Source: a virus. From it: a stretch of DNA of 64,000 nt. The translations under genes were made by a program, and so were the position numbers. Numbering within the stretch: the first letter of the stretch is position 1; every line of letters starts with the position of its first letter. The notes below the pieces were generated by a model that saw only the letters and a program-made list of their open reading frames with translations, made no database searches and had not been told where the DNA came from. Of this stretch, positions 1 through 9,239 are shown in pieces. Location of the stretch: IMG/VR virus record IMGVR_UViG_3300032246_002620, positions 7,654 to 71,653 of that record. The stretch is one strand, 5' to 3'.

Positions 1-1014
1 TACGACGCCGCTCAAAACGTTGAAGGCGGGGCCAAGTACCTCAAGCAACAGCTGGATCGCTTTGGCGGCGACGAGCGGCTGGCCCTGGCGGCCTACAACG
101 CCGGCCCCGGCGCGGTCCAGAAGTACGGAGGCATCCCGCCCTTCGCGCAAACCCAGAACTACGTGCCCAGTGTGCTGGGCAAGGCCGCTCGTTACGGCAA
201 CGGTGGCCCGGCCCCCACGACGGCAACTGCCACTCTGCCGGCTGCCGCGCCCCAGGCGAGAACGGAGGACCCCCTTGGCCGTTTGATGAGGGGACTGGTA
301 GGCGACGCGCTGCGTCCGGTCTCATTTGAGCAGCCGTCGACGCCATCGGCGCGCCAGCCGTCTCGCAGCGAAGCAGCCAACAACGTCCGAGGCTTCCGCC
401 TGTCGGATGCCCTATTGAGCAGCGGTTTCTCAAGTGCTCCTTTCGAGCAGTCGGATCTCTTCGGTAACCGCCGGTCAAGGTCGCGAATGGCCGGCGATGC
501 TTTGGCCGGCGCTGTTACCCGGGCTCCGGGTGGCAAGAGCGCCGTCCCGTTTGGCGGCGATCAAAGCGGGGCTGATCCGCTCAACGAAGCCCTGACCAAG
601 CTCACGGCCGGGCTCTTCACTCCCAGGGACTCAAGCGTGCCTCGGCAGGCCGCGAGCGGCACCCTTGCAACCGCTCAGCCTGATTCGAGTATTGGCGGCC
701 AGGCCGGTCGGGTCGTTGAATACTTGACGGGGGACAAAACGCACCCGCGATACGACCCGAGTCACGGCGGCGGCAACTATCACGAGCACCTTGCCTTTGC
801 AAGCAAAGACCAGCGCGACCAGGCTGCGGCTTACCTGAAATCCAACGGAATACAGATCGGCTCAATGAACGATGGCAGGCACGCGCCAGGCAGCTACCAC
901 TATTCGGACCAGGCCTTTGACGTGCCGGCGTCACAAGTTCCCGTCGGGCAGGAAGGGGCGCTATCGGCCAGGGTTCGGCAGCTGCTCCGGGCGGGCGGTT
1001 TTGGCGGAATCTGA
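1..1014 (+). CDS. Virion-associated lytic transglycosylase (SLT domain, 5' truncated by window) plus C-terminal peptidase M15-like domain
   Basis: Frame 1 is open from base 1: [50 protein letters not shown] is the SLT C-terminal signature. The C-terminus has HEHLAF and [11 protein letters not shown]. Confidence 0.85.
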   Translation, partial: YDAAQNVEGGAKYLKQQLDRFGGDERLALAAYNAGPGAVQKYGGIPPFAQTQNYVPSVLGKAARYGNGGPAPTTATATLPAAAPQARTEDPLGRLMRGLVGDALRPVSFEQPSTPSARQPSRSEAANNVRGFRLSDALLSSGFSSAPFEQSDLFGNRRSRSRMAGDALAGAVTRAPGGKSAVPFGGDQSGADPLNEALTKLTAGLFTPRDSSVPRQAASGTLATAQPDSSIGGQAGRVVEYLTGDKTHPRYDPSHGGGNYHEHLAFASKDQRDQAAAYLKSNGIQIGSMNDGRHAPGSYHYSDQAFDVPASQVPVGQEGALSARVRQLLRAGGFGGI

Positions 1015-1079
1015 TGAGCGGCCACCAGCAGCGCTAGCCTGATCTGACACCGCCGGGCGCCGGCAGCGGCCCAATCATC

Positions 1080-1265
1080 ATGAGCCACCTCCCTGAATAC
1101 GTGTCGTTGTTCATGGCCCTTCATGCGGCGGCCATGATCATCGTCAACTTGACGCCAACCCCGAAGGACAACGAAGCCCTTGGAGACTTCGGGCGTCTTG
1201 TCGTGAAGGCCTATCGACTCGTGGAGGTCATTGCTGGCATCGTGACACCCCTGGCCAAGCACTGA
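1080..1265 (+). CDS. Small membrane protein, holin-like
   Basis: 61 aa, hydrophobic helix followed by IVNLTPTPKDN, a motif typical of small cyanophage holin-like proteins. Confidence 0.55.
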   Translation: MSHLPEYVSLFMALHAAAMIIVNLTPTPKDNEALGDFGRLVVKAYRLVEVIAGIVTPLAKH

Positions 1266-1335
1266 CATTGATGAAGCTGTCTGCCGTGGCGGGCAGGTTG
1301 CTTGATAAATTCATGGGACCGCTCCAATCGGCACC

Positions 1336-1884
1336 ATGTTCACGACTGCGCTGGCCATTGCCTTGAACTCCCTCGGCCTCGGCTTCGGTACCGCGGCCAT
1401 GGCGTTGTCCCTGCTGACCGCCAGGAGGCAGCGTCTCGCGGAAACCGCTTTCCAGGAACGGACGCGGGCTCAGGCCGTTGCGGTGCTGGATGTCGCCAGG
1501 CAAAGCTCGGCCAATCAGGTCGCTGCGCGCGCCGCGTTGTCCGACCAGGCTTTGACTTTTCTCCACGAGCGGCTTGACGGGCTGGAGCTTCTCGCAACAG
1601 ACCAGCTCATTACCCGTGCTGAGGTCAGTGGCGCCTTTGCCGAGCTGGCTGTCATCGAGGAGCAGCGGCAGCAGCAGGCGGCGCGCAGTGCCCGGGCAAC
1701 CGGTGCTCCGCAGGTTCCGGCTCCCGTCTTCCCCGTCGAAGTAGCCCCCGCTCCGGTCGATCCCTGGGGGCTCCAGGGCCAGCCGGCTGCCCCTCCGGCC
1801 GACACCGGTGTTCTGCTTCGGGAGATTGCCGCGATGAACGAGCGACTGCAGCAGCGCATGCAGGGCTTGAACGGCGGAACGTGA
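1336..1884 (+). CDS. Membrane-anchored coiled-coil protein
   Basis: N-terminal hydrophobic segment, helical A/Q/E/R-rich body, Pro-rich linker. Confidence 0.6.
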   Translation: MFTTALAIALNSLGLGFGTAAMALSLLTARRQRLAETAFQERTRAQAVAVLDVARQSSANQVAARAALSDQALTFLHERLDGLELLATDQLITRAEVSGAFAELAVIEEQRQQQAARSARATGAPQVPAPVFPVEVAPAPVDPWGLQGQPAAPPADTGVLLREIAAMNERLQQRMQGLNGGT

Positions 1885-1919
1885 GCGCTGGCTAGGGTTG
1901 GCCCATCGCCGTCCTTGCG

Positions 1920-2237
1920 TTGGATCGTCGCTACAAGGAAAACAAAGGAGCTTCCAGCCGCCCGGTAAAGCAGCAGGAGGCATTGGCCAGGGCCCGATTG
2001 GCCAGGGCCCGCGTGTCCATGCGTTCGGTGACGGCTGACGACTCAAGCCGACCAAACGGCGGACAGGGCGAACGGAACTTGGCCCTAGCAATCCGCAACC
2101 AAGCGCGAGGTGCCGAGCGCCAGGAGCGCCAACAAGTCTTCAACGAGGAGGGTTCGGGGTCCTACGGGGGCGGGATTTCTTTTGCGGACGCGCGACGGGG
2201 GGCAAAGATAGGCGAAGGCCGGGCTGGCCTGATATAA
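1920..2237 (+). CDS. Hypothetical basic protein
   Basis: ORF follows CTAGGGT -10-like element at about 1892. Confidence 0.45.
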   Translation: MDRRYKENKGASSRPVKQQEALARARLARARVSMRSVTADDSSRPNGGQGERNLALAIRNQARGAERQERQQVFNEEGSGSYGGGISFADARRGAKIGEGRAGLI

Positions 2238-2685
2238 AGTCCTCTACCTCAATGCCGCAGAGCTCGGCCCTGACCTGATCGTCAGGCATCACAGTGATCG
2301 CCATGTGCTCAAGCCCTGGCGTGGCGATGTACGCCTCCACGACGTCCCGTCCAGCGCAGCCATCAATGCGAAAGACGCAAGAACTACCTTGGCTCCACTG
2401 GTCGCTCGAGTTGGGCTCCCACCAGCGACTGAAGCGGAACGGCGTGTCATCGAGATCGGCATAGCCCGGCAAGTGCTGATGCAAGGCATGAAGGCGCTCG
2501 GCCAAGGCCTCGATCAAGGCCGCGGTGCGCTCGCATAACCGTGAACGCCCCAGGCGGCTCTTGGGCAAAGCCTGGCGCCAGAGGATCCAGCTGTCGAACG
2601 CGATCGTCCGATCCAGCAACAGCCAGCCCTCCTTGGGGTGAAAAAACTCATCGTCATCATCAAAGGCGTAGGGCAAGTGCGGCAT
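2140..2685 (-). CDS. Hypothetical protein, possibly a degenerate peptidase M15A-like fold
   Basis: Likely ATG at 2685 (MPHLPYAF). LAERLHALH...PFRFSRWWEP...QWSQGSSCVFRIDG loosely parallels M15A but lacks the His/Asp ligands. Confidence 0.5.
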   Translation of the reverse strand: MPHLPYAFDDDDEFFHPKEGWLLLDRTIAFDSWILWRQALPKSRLGRSRLCERTAALIEALAERLHALHQHLPGYADLDDTPFRFSRWWEPNSSDQWSQGSSCVFRIDGCAGRDVVEAYIATPGLEHMAITVMPDDQVRAELCGIEVEDFISGQPGLRLSLPPVARPQKKSRPRRTPNPPR

Positions 2686-2689
2686 GACT

Positions 2690-3325
2690 TCAATCTCTCC
2701 CCTGCCGATTGCCGCCGCCGTAGTCGCGGCCGGTAGCGGCCCGGTAGCAGTCCTGCCAGCGCGTCTCACCGCTCCACTGGTCAAGCACGACACGGCCATA
2801 GGGCGCGGCCGCGGCGTGGAAGCGTGCCAGGCCGGACGTGAACGCCTGCGCCGGAGAGGCTGGTGGCAGGTAGACAATCGGCGACCAGTCCGTCGGATTG
2901 CTGCGAGCTGACTGCTCCAGCTCGTCATCCCAGAACGTTGGAGCCAGGCGCCGCCAGGGGATGCAGATCGGGAAGTCCCAGACCCACGGGCACGCTGTCA
3001 GCACCTCGCTGCGACCAAACCAGAGCACCGCCTGGAGAACGTGCCCGTCGCGGTATTCCTGCAAGAGCTTGTTGGCCAGGGCGCGGCTGGCTTTGATGCT
3101 GCTGGGGACAGCCAGGAGCGCTCGCTTCTGCCCTGCTGGACTCCAGTGGCGCCTGGTGACGACCTCGAGGTCAACGTCGCGCTCCAGGTAGCGGGCGGCC
3201 TGGACGACATGGTTGACCTCGGCGGTGCTGTACGGGTCAAGATCGATCGCACCCATCGTGCAGCGCGCCACCTCGATCACCGCCGCCGGCGGGGCAAGGT
3301 CGCGGCGGTCGGCGGAGGGGGGCAT
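2690..3325 (-). CDS. Phage DNA N6-adenine methyltransferase-like protein, apparently lacking catalytic NPPY
   Basis: PPAAVIEVAR..MGAIDLDPYS..EVNHVVQAARY and DFPICIPWRR match phage Dam-like MTases. The motif IV position reads LLAVPSS. Confidence 0.65.
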   Translation of the reverse strand: MPPSADRRDLAPPAAVIEVARCTMGAIDLDPYSTAEVNHVVQAARYLERDVDLEVVTRRHWSPAGQKRALLAVPSSIKASRALANKLLQEYRDGHVLQAVLWFGRSEVLTACPWVWDFPICIPWRRLAPTFWDDELEQSARSNPTDWSPIVYLPPASPAQAFTSGLARFHAAAAPYGRVVLDQWSGETRWQDCYRAATGRDYGGGNRQGRD

Positions 3326-3579
3326 CAGCTGTCTCCTGGCTCCAGGATCTCCAGCAGGGTGTCGTCGCCGCGGGGCAGCTGACGCCAGAGACCCGCGTCG
3401 ATGCTCTGCGTGAGGTGCAGCTCAGAGCGCTGGATCTCACGGTGTGAGCCTTTGGCGCGCAAAGTGATCATCACCTTGAGAATGCCCTGGCTGAGATTGT
3501 CCTCCGTGCGGCGCACGGCCTCCCAGCACTGCCCCGAGGGACCACTGAGAACGTCGCCCAGCTCAATGCGCCGGCTCAT
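3325..3579 (-). CDS. Hypothetical protein
   Basis: Translationally coupled between neighbouring genes. Confidence 0.6.
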   Translation of the reverse strand: MSRRIELGDVLSGPSGQCWEAVRRTEDNLSQGILKVMITLRAKGSHREIQRSELHLTQSIDAGLWRQLPRGDDTLLEILEPGDS

Positions 3580-4019
3580 AGCGTCGCGGCCTCCTGGGCC
3601 TTCTGGATGCTGCGCGCCGGCTGATCCCTGGGAATCGGCAGCAGACTGGCCTGGCTGCGATCGATCAGCAGCAGCAGCACCCGCTCTTCGTAGTTGTTGA
3701 GCCGGACAACCGAGATGGTGTCCTTGAGCATCGTGCTGACATCGTTCTGCCCCATGGCATCGGCAGCCAGCAGGTCCTCGCAGAGCTCATCGAGGGTGAC
3801 GTAGCTGCCGCCGCGGTCCTGCAGTGCCAGGTTGAGGCTCAAAATGCCGGGGCCTTTCTCCTTGAATGACTTATCGAACAGGCCGATCATGTCGGCCAGG
3901 ACGGCTTCGCAGGCGCGGGTGTTGATTGCAATGGCCGCTTCGGTTTCCCCGCCCGTGCCGGTTTCACCGAGCTCAGGGAAGAACTTCCGCAACAGTTCCA
4001 GTCGAGAAGGGCGGGTCAT
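3576..4019 (-). CDS. Hypothetical protein
   Basis: Coupled ORF with strong GC3 bias. Confidence 0.65.
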   Translation of the reverse strand: MTRPSRLELLRKFFPELGETGTGGETEAAIAINTRACEAVLADMIGLFDKSFKEKGPGILSLNLALQDRGGSYVTLDELCEDLLAADAMGQNDVSTMLKDTISVVRLNNYEERVLLLLIDRSQASLLPIPRDQPARSIQKAQEAATL

Positions 4020-4022
4020 GAC

Positions 4023-4736
4023 TCAGGGGGAAAGGATGGCGCGGCCGAGTCGGTTGGTCTCATACCAGCCGTAGATCTCAGGGATCCAGCGCTGGACATG
4101 ATCAGCGATCAGCTCTGTGACCCAACGAACCTCTTGCTGAGCATCAGCCTTGCTGCGCACATCGAGCAGGTGAAACCAGCTGCGGATGTTGCCGGTCAGG
4201 CAGACGTTCTGCAGGTAGTTGGTCGGCAAGACGTAACGGGCATGCTCCTCGGTGACACCCTCGGCGCGCAGATCGGCGTAATCCTGGGCAGCATTGAGGG
4301 ACAGGGTCTTGAGCCTGATGTTCTGCTGTTCGCTCCATTCGTAACCGTCGCCTTGGCGGTCGCGGTAGACGCCAGGCGGCCGGAAGTAGAAGGCCTTCTC
4401 CACGGGGATCTCGCCTCGGGCAACGCGCTCGATGCGGTGGCCGGTGTAGCGCATCGACTGGACATCGAAGCTGACGCCGACCCGATGCGTGCGGAGCTGG
4501 ACCATGGAGTTGTGATCCATCTGGATCAGCAACGTCATGTGGGCATGCTCGAGCGGGCCGAAGTGACCGCGCTTACCCTCCAGGAGCCTGGCAATGGCGA
4601 TCTCGCCGCAGCGGTCTTCCGGAATCTCGGTGCCCGGACAGAACTCCTCCGAGTAGTCGGTGTGGAGAGCGATGTAACTGACCTGCTGGGGCAGTTCGTA
4701 GGCGCCAACAAGCTCAGCCTTGAACGGGTTCTGCAC
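4023..4736 (-). CDS. thyX: FAD-dependent thymidylate synthase
   Basis: GHFGPLEH, QLRTHRVGVSFDVQSMRY, EEHARYVLP, GNIRSWFHLLDVRSKADAQQEVR. Confidence 0.97.
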   Translation of the reverse strand: MQNPFKAELVGAYELPQQVSYIALHTDYSEEFCPGTEIPEDRCGEIAIARLLEGKRGHFGPLEHAHMTLLIQMDHNSMVQLRTHRVGVSFDVQSMRYTGHRIERVARGEIPVEKAFYFRPPGVYRDRQGDGYEWSEQQNIRLKTLSLNAAQDYADLRAEGVTEEHARYVLPTNYLQNVCLTGNIRSWFHLLDVRSKADAQQEVRWVTELIADHVQRWIPEIYGWYETNRLGRAILSP

Positions 4737-4806
4737 GGAGGAGGCGCGGACTCCAGCAAAACCGTACCGCCTGGGATGTCATTGTGCAAGCCAGGTCAGT
4801 CAAGGG

Positions 4807-5478
4807 TCACGCCTCCTCCGGCTCCTGGTCGTCAAGGAGTAGCGGCGCTCCGTACTCGATACGGCGCTTGATCCAGTCGGAGTTGACGGCCTCGAGCTTG
4901 GCATAAACGCCCGGCAGGCGTTGTTGTGTTACTTCCAGGTACTCTTGAGTGTCGCGTATCAGCCGATGGCGGCTACTGGCTAGCTCGATTGTGGCTAGAT
5001 GCCGGCGATGGTGAAAGTGATTGACGCCTCGGACCCTGATATGTAACGGGTTGCAGCAAAAAATGTTGCCGCAGGCATGGGTGATAGGCAGTCGACCAAT
5101 GTCGCCCCAGGTGAACCAAGTAGCAATCCGCGGAGCGGAGTACTGGCGGCCGCTGCCCCAATGCCGACGGAAAGGGAAGTAACTCGACGAGCCGTCGCCA
5201 TAGACGTGCCCTTGCCAGTCCCAGCACTCATCCGGACTGGCAATCGCAACAAAAGACCAGAACTCAAGAAACTTGCGTCGATGCGTCTTGTGAATCCGGT
5301 TGATGCTTAGCTCAAGACGGCCCTCGGTCAAGGCTCCGATGCAGCGGACACAGGCATGGCTGTCGTCGTAGCGGGGGATCTGGCCGTCGAGACTGCCATA
5401 GGAGTGCTCAGTGAACGGACACAGTGGTCCCTGAGTGACGCGGCTGTGCAGGTCTTGTGGGATCGGCCATTGGGCCAT
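4807..5478 (-). CDS. HNH (His-Cys box-like) endonuclease with N-terminal Zn-binding segment
   Basis: FWSFV...DECWDWQG...APRIA...ITHACGNIFCCNPLHI. Confidence 0.8.
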   Translation of the reverse strand: MAQWPIPQDLHSRVTQGPLCPFTEHSYGSLDGQIPRYDDSHACVRCIGALTEGRLELSINRIHKTHRRKFLEFWSFVAIASPDECWDWQGHVYGDGSSSYFPFRRHWGSGRQYSAPRIATWFTWGDIGRLPITHACGNIFCCNPLHIRVRGVNHFHHRRHLATIELASSRHRLIRDTQEYLEVTQQRLPGVYAKLEAVNSDWIKRRIEYGAPLLLDDQEPEEA

Positions 5479-5513
5479 TGGTGATTTCGCCTGAAGAAAA
5501 CCCGAGGCGGCTG

Positions 5514-6452
5514 CTATCCCAGCTGGCCCCGGAAAAGGTCGCTAGACAGGTCCGCTGACGCAGCACCAAGAGCGGCGCTCGAGAGGGGCAGAGCTGCGTA
5601 GGAGAGCAAGGGAATGATCGCCTGAGCCGCGTACCTTCGCCTACTGACGCCCATGGCCTTGGCGTACTCAGAACCACGGCGCCAGGCTTCCGCTTCTACG
5701 GCAAGCAAAGGAAGACCTGTCGCCGCCCCAACCAGGCCGCCGACCGCAGCGCCGTCGTCTCCTAGAAGCGCGCCTGCTCCAAGCCCCGCCAAGGCGCCTG
5801 CAACGGGGAAAAGGGATCGCTTCCAATCGCCGTCGGTCTTCCCGGAGGCCATGGCCCGAATCGACGGAAGCCAGTCGACCTTGTTCTCCTGTAGGCGGCT
5901 GATCAAGTCGGAAGCAGTGCCGTTGATCTGGTTTGCCCTTGCGTACATCTCAGCATGTCCCATTTCATGGGCCAACGTGGCTGGATCCGCTTGGATCTGT
6001 ACAGCAACTTCCGGCCCCTGGCTGGTCCTCCTGAGGAAATTTCGATACCTTTCAGCACTAAGGACGCTGTTGTTGGGTTGACGAATCCTGATCCCTTGCT
6101 GAGGCAAAAATTCAAATTCGTCGGGATCCTCGTATTCGTGATAATTACCTTCTGGATCCCTGACCGTGCGAGTGACCGGTTTTTGTTCTTGCTTGGGAGG
6201 GGCATACTTGTCATCCCATATTTTCTTGGCGATTGCCGTATTGGCTTGCCAAGCCTGTCGTTCTTGCTCGGTTGGCTCTGCCGTGTATTTCATCCGCCTG
6301 CGCGCCAGGGCGGGCGCCAGGGCAACCCCGCGCAGGAGGAGCGCCGCAACGGCCAGTTCCCCGGCCCCGCTCAACGCGCCATCGTCGCGGGGGGCCTGAG
6401 CAATCGCCAACTGTTGACTGTCCACGCGTCGCTCTAGTGATCTGCCATCCAC
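5514..6452 (-). CDS. Zinc metallopeptidase (HExxH) with hydrophobic/Gly-zipper segments
   Basis: TLAHEMGHA plus downstream EAEAWRRG third-ligand motif. Confidence 0.7.
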   Translation of the reverse strand: MDGRSLERRVDSQQLAIAQAPRDDGALSGAGELAVAALLLRGVALAPALARRRMKYTAEPTEQERQAWQANTAIAKKIWDDKYAPPKQEQKPVTRTVRDPEGNYHEYEDPDEFEFLPQQGIRIRQPNNSVLSAERYRNFLRRTSQGPEVAVQIQADPATLAHEMGHAEMYARANQINGTASDLISRLQENKVDWLPSIRAMASGKTDGDWKRSLFPVAGALAGLGAGALLGDDGAAVGGLVGAATGLPLLAVEAEAWRRGSEYAKAMGVSRRRYAAQAIIPLLSYAALPLSSAALGAASADLSSDLFRGQLG

Positions 6453-6546
6453 TGTAAAAGCGATTCATGGAGCGCCTTGCGCCCAGTGAACGGTTGCGCC
6501 ATGGACGGGCCCAAGCAGGGCGTCAAAGGGCACGGAAGCGAAACCA

Positions 6547-6861
6547 TCACTCCCCGGGCGCGTGGTGCCCCTGAGGGCACAGGTCGAAGAACTGCTCATC
6601 GCTGAGGTGGCTCAGGTCGGCTGGCTCAGCAGCGTTCCCCTCCAGCTCGGCGGCGATGGCAAGGAGTTCGGATCGCGTGATCTCGCGCTGCGCCGCAGCA
6701 GCGTTCTCTGGTGGCCCAAACCGGCTTTCCGGCACCACCTGATCCGCAGCGGCGCAAAGGACAGCAGCGGCAACAGCATCTGCAAAGCGCCACTCAATGT
6801 CGAGTTGTCTGCGGGCAGCATCCAACACCGCCTGCGCGGCGGGAGAGAGGGGCTTAGCCAT
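6547..6861 (-). CDS. LSPAAQAVLDAA-family cyanophage protein (copy 1)
   Basis: MAKPLSPAAQAVLDAA...AAADQVVPE...LLAIAAELEG. Confidence 0.75.
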   Translation of the reverse strand: MAKPLSPAAQAVLDAARRQLDIEWRFADAVAAAVLCAAADQVVPESRFGPPENAAAAQREITRSELLAIAAELEGNAAEPADLSHLSDEQFFDLCPQGHHAPGE

Positions 6862-7057
6862 TGTTGTTCATTGACAAGATGTGCTGATTGTACTTCTCAA
6901 CCGCAATTCGCAAACGTTTGATGCAATCGGAGAAGTCGTCTGGGTGTGCTGCTGGGCTCATGCCGTTTAAGCCCCGCCCGCCAACAAGGTTGAGGGCGCA
7001 ATCCGCCATCACACCGGCATAGATCAGGGCCTGCGCGGCGGGGGAAAGTTCAGTCAC
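6854..7057 (-). CDS. LSPAAQ-family protein (copy 2)
   Basis: GTG start at 7057, VTELSPAAQAL. Confidence 0.55.
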   Translation of the reverse strand: MTELSPAAQALIYAGVMADCALNLVGGRGLNGMSPAAHPDDFSDCIKRLRIAVEKYNQHILSMNNNG

Positions 7058-7394
7058 GAATGCCCTCCACTTTGCAGATAAAATCAACGGCGCCATCCGT
7101 AAGCTCCTTTCCTGTGACAGGATCTTTGAGCAAGCTCTTAATATCAAACCTTTTAGGTTCTAGTTTAGATTTAGTCATTGAAACCTCTAAATCATTAGCA
7201 AGTTCGTTCAATGCGTCGATGCAGTTTTTAATACCGCTAATGAACTCATTCCTTGGTTGCTGCTGTATTTCAGCCGCCCAATTTTTGGCAATAGCACGAA
7301 AGGCGGCGGCAATGCTCGGCTGCCCATTCCTGATCGGCAGGGCGTAGGCGGCATCCAGCACTGCCTGCGCGGCGGGGGAAAGGGGCTCAGCCAC
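7050..7394 (-). CDS. LSPAAQAVLDAA-family protein (copy 3)
   Basis: GTG start at 7394, VAEPLSPAAQAVLDAAYA; AT-rich 3' half. Confidence 0.65.
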   Translation of the reverse strand: MAEPLSPAAQAVLDAAYALPIRNGQPSIAAAFRAIAKNWAAEIQQQPRNEFISGIKNCIDALNELANDLEVSMTKSKLEPKRFDIKSLLKDPVTGKELTDGAVDFICKVEGIRD

Positions 7395-8121
7395 GGTCGG
7401 CCACCTGCTCAAGCAGGTCCGCCTTGGCGGCCCGGTATCCCAGATCTCCCAGGAAGTACGCCACCTCGCGGATCGCGGCGCGGGCACTGTCTTTAGCCCG
7501 TAGATCCATGTACCACAGCTCAGCACCGGTGGTGTCGGCAACGACCTTTACCACCCTCTCCACCAATCCCCCGGCAGGCGCGGCGGGCGGGGCGGGCTGG
7601 GCGGCTGGGGGGTATTCAGAGGTGCGGATTTTGTGCTGCTGCATCACTGGCCTGATAGCGCGCAAGGCCTTGACGCAGCGCTGTTCGGCCCATTGCAGTG
7701 GATCACCCTCGTCGGTGTTGGGCTCTCCTTCGGCAATGTCCGACAGGGCGCACTCAGCCTTGATCAGTGCATCGCCTAGTGCGACCACCGGGGCGGGCTG
7801 GGCGGCTGGGGGCTGGGCGGCGCCGTGCTTGCGGCCGAGGTCGTAGCAGGAGCGGCCAAACTCCACAAGCTCGCTGTCGAATATGGGCCGGTGGCTTGAC
7901 CACGAACGCATGGCCAGCAGCTCCTCATCCGTGACCACCAGGGCGGCCTCGAGGGTGGGACCAACTGTCAAGGATTCCTTGACAGTTGACTGCTGCAACG
8001 CATCCTCCAGCAGCTCCAGCCGTTCAAGAATGATCAGCAGCACCTGGGCATAGGTGGCGCCATCGATGCGGGCGGCCTGGTGGAGCCAGGCCAGGGTTTC
8101 GGGGGGTGGTGATTTAGGCAT
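7387..8121 (-). CDS. Hypothetical protein, paralogue of 8114-8968
   Basis: ATG 8121, PPETLAWLHQAARIDGATYAQVLLIILERLELL; internal PPAAQPAP repeats. Confidence 0.7.
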   Translation of the reverse strand: MPKSPPPETLAWLHQAARIDGATYAQVLLIILERLELLEDALQQSTVKESLTVGPTLEAALVVTDEELLAMRSWSSHRPIFDSELVEFGRSCYDLGRKHGAAQPPAAQPAPVVALGDALIKAECALSDIAEGEPNTDEGDPLQWAEQRCVKALRAIRPVMQQHKIRTSEYPPAAQPAPPAAPAGGLVERVVKVVADTTGAELWYMDLRAKDSARAAIREVAYFLGDLGYRAAKADLLEQVADRG

Positions 8122-8968
8122 GGGGTGGGTGGGTGCGATCGTGGGGCTTACAGCGCTGCCGTGGTGGCGGGACAGGCCCAGGGTTAGGAGTGGGCTGAGG
8201 GTGGATTGGTCCCATCCCGCAACCGCTCGGCAATAGCGGTCGCCAGGGCAACGCACCAGGCCCGATCCATCCGCTTGACGATTGAGGCGGCGGCGCGGGC
8301 GGGGCGGCTGCGGTTTCCTTCCCCATGGCGCAGATCCTGGCCCATTCTTCCCGCATTTGCTCATTTGTGGCGACCGGGGCAGGGACTGCGCCGTGCTGGC
8401 GGCCGAGGTTGTAGATGGCGCGAAGGCCAGCGGCAGCCGCGCCATTGATGCCGTGGCCAGCTTTAAGAGCATCTTCGACCGTCTGTGCATAGCAGCGCAC
8501 CAGTCCATCATCCGTGACCACCGGGGCGGCCTCAGGGGTGGGCTGCTCCATCGGCTCCCGGATCGCCCGGCGCAGGGTGTCCAGTATCTCGGGCAACACC
8601 TGGAGTTGCTCAAGGGTATCCACCATCTTCAGGGCGATGGTGTGGAGCGTCTGGGGTTTGTCGTCGTCTTCGCAATCCTGCTCAATCAGCCGGTCCAGCT
8701 TGTCCTGGGGACCGCCAATCAAGAGAGTGTCGTGCTGCTGCGCAGCCTCCAGCTTCTCCAGGCGCTTGATGACAGCCTCAAAACAGAACCTGTTGCTCTG
8801 GGATTGCTCGATTGAGTCCTGATCCAGCAGCTCAATCCGCTCTAAAACGTGCAACAACACCTGGGAATACGTCGCTCCGTGAACGCGAGCGCTTTGCTGA
8901 AGCCAAGCCAATCCCTCCGGCGGGATCGGTTCGATCTTGGGTGTTTCCGGGGTAGAAGAAGTAGTCAT
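8114..8968 (-). CDS. Hypothetical protein, paralogue of 7387-8121
   Basis: PPEGLAWLQQSARVHGATYSQVLLHVLERIELL. Confidence 0.7.
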   Translation of the reverse strand: MTTSSTPETPKIEPIPPEGLAWLQQSARVHGATYSQVLLHVLERIELLDQDSIEQSQSNRFCFEAVIKRLEKLEAAQQHDTLLIGGPQDKLDRLIEQDCEDDDKPQTLHTIALKMVDTLEQLQVLPEILDTLRRAIREPMEQPTPEAAPVVTDDGLVRCYAQTVEDALKAGHGINGAAAAGLRAIYNLGRQHGAVPAPVATNEQMREEWARICAMGKETAAAPPAPPPQSSSGWIGPGALPWRPLLPSGCGMGPIHPQPTPNPGPVPPPRQRCKPHDRTHPPHA

Positions 8969-9189
8969 TTCGACCTCTGATGAGTGTTAGCGCCGACGCG
9001 CTTGCGTAGCTGGCGGCTCCAATGGAAGCCTGCGGCCACACCCAGCAGCGGAGCAGGGCCAGGAGCCCCAGGTGTCGGTGGGACGACCCAACAGCTTGGC
9101 GTATTCCAGGTGTCCGCACACACGGTCGAACCCACCGCGCTGGTTGTTGGTAGGTCCAGGAACAGGGCAAGAGGGAGAGCAAAGAGCAT
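8965..9189 (-). CDS. Miniature protein with cyanobacterial PEP-CTERM-type sorting domain
   Basis: C-terminal APGPAPLLGVAAGFHWSRQLRKRV resembles the picocyanobacterial VPGPLPLLGAAAAFGWSRRLRRRI tail; hydrophobic N-terminus. Confidence 0.7.
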   Translation of the reverse strand: MLFALPLALFLDLPTTSAVGSTVCADTWNTPSCWVVPPTPGAPGPAPLLGVAAGFHWSRQLRKRVGANTHQRSK

Positions 9190-9239
9190 TTCAGTGTGTC
9201 CTCAAAGGAGTGTCAGAAAAGAAAGCAGGGCTCAAGTCG

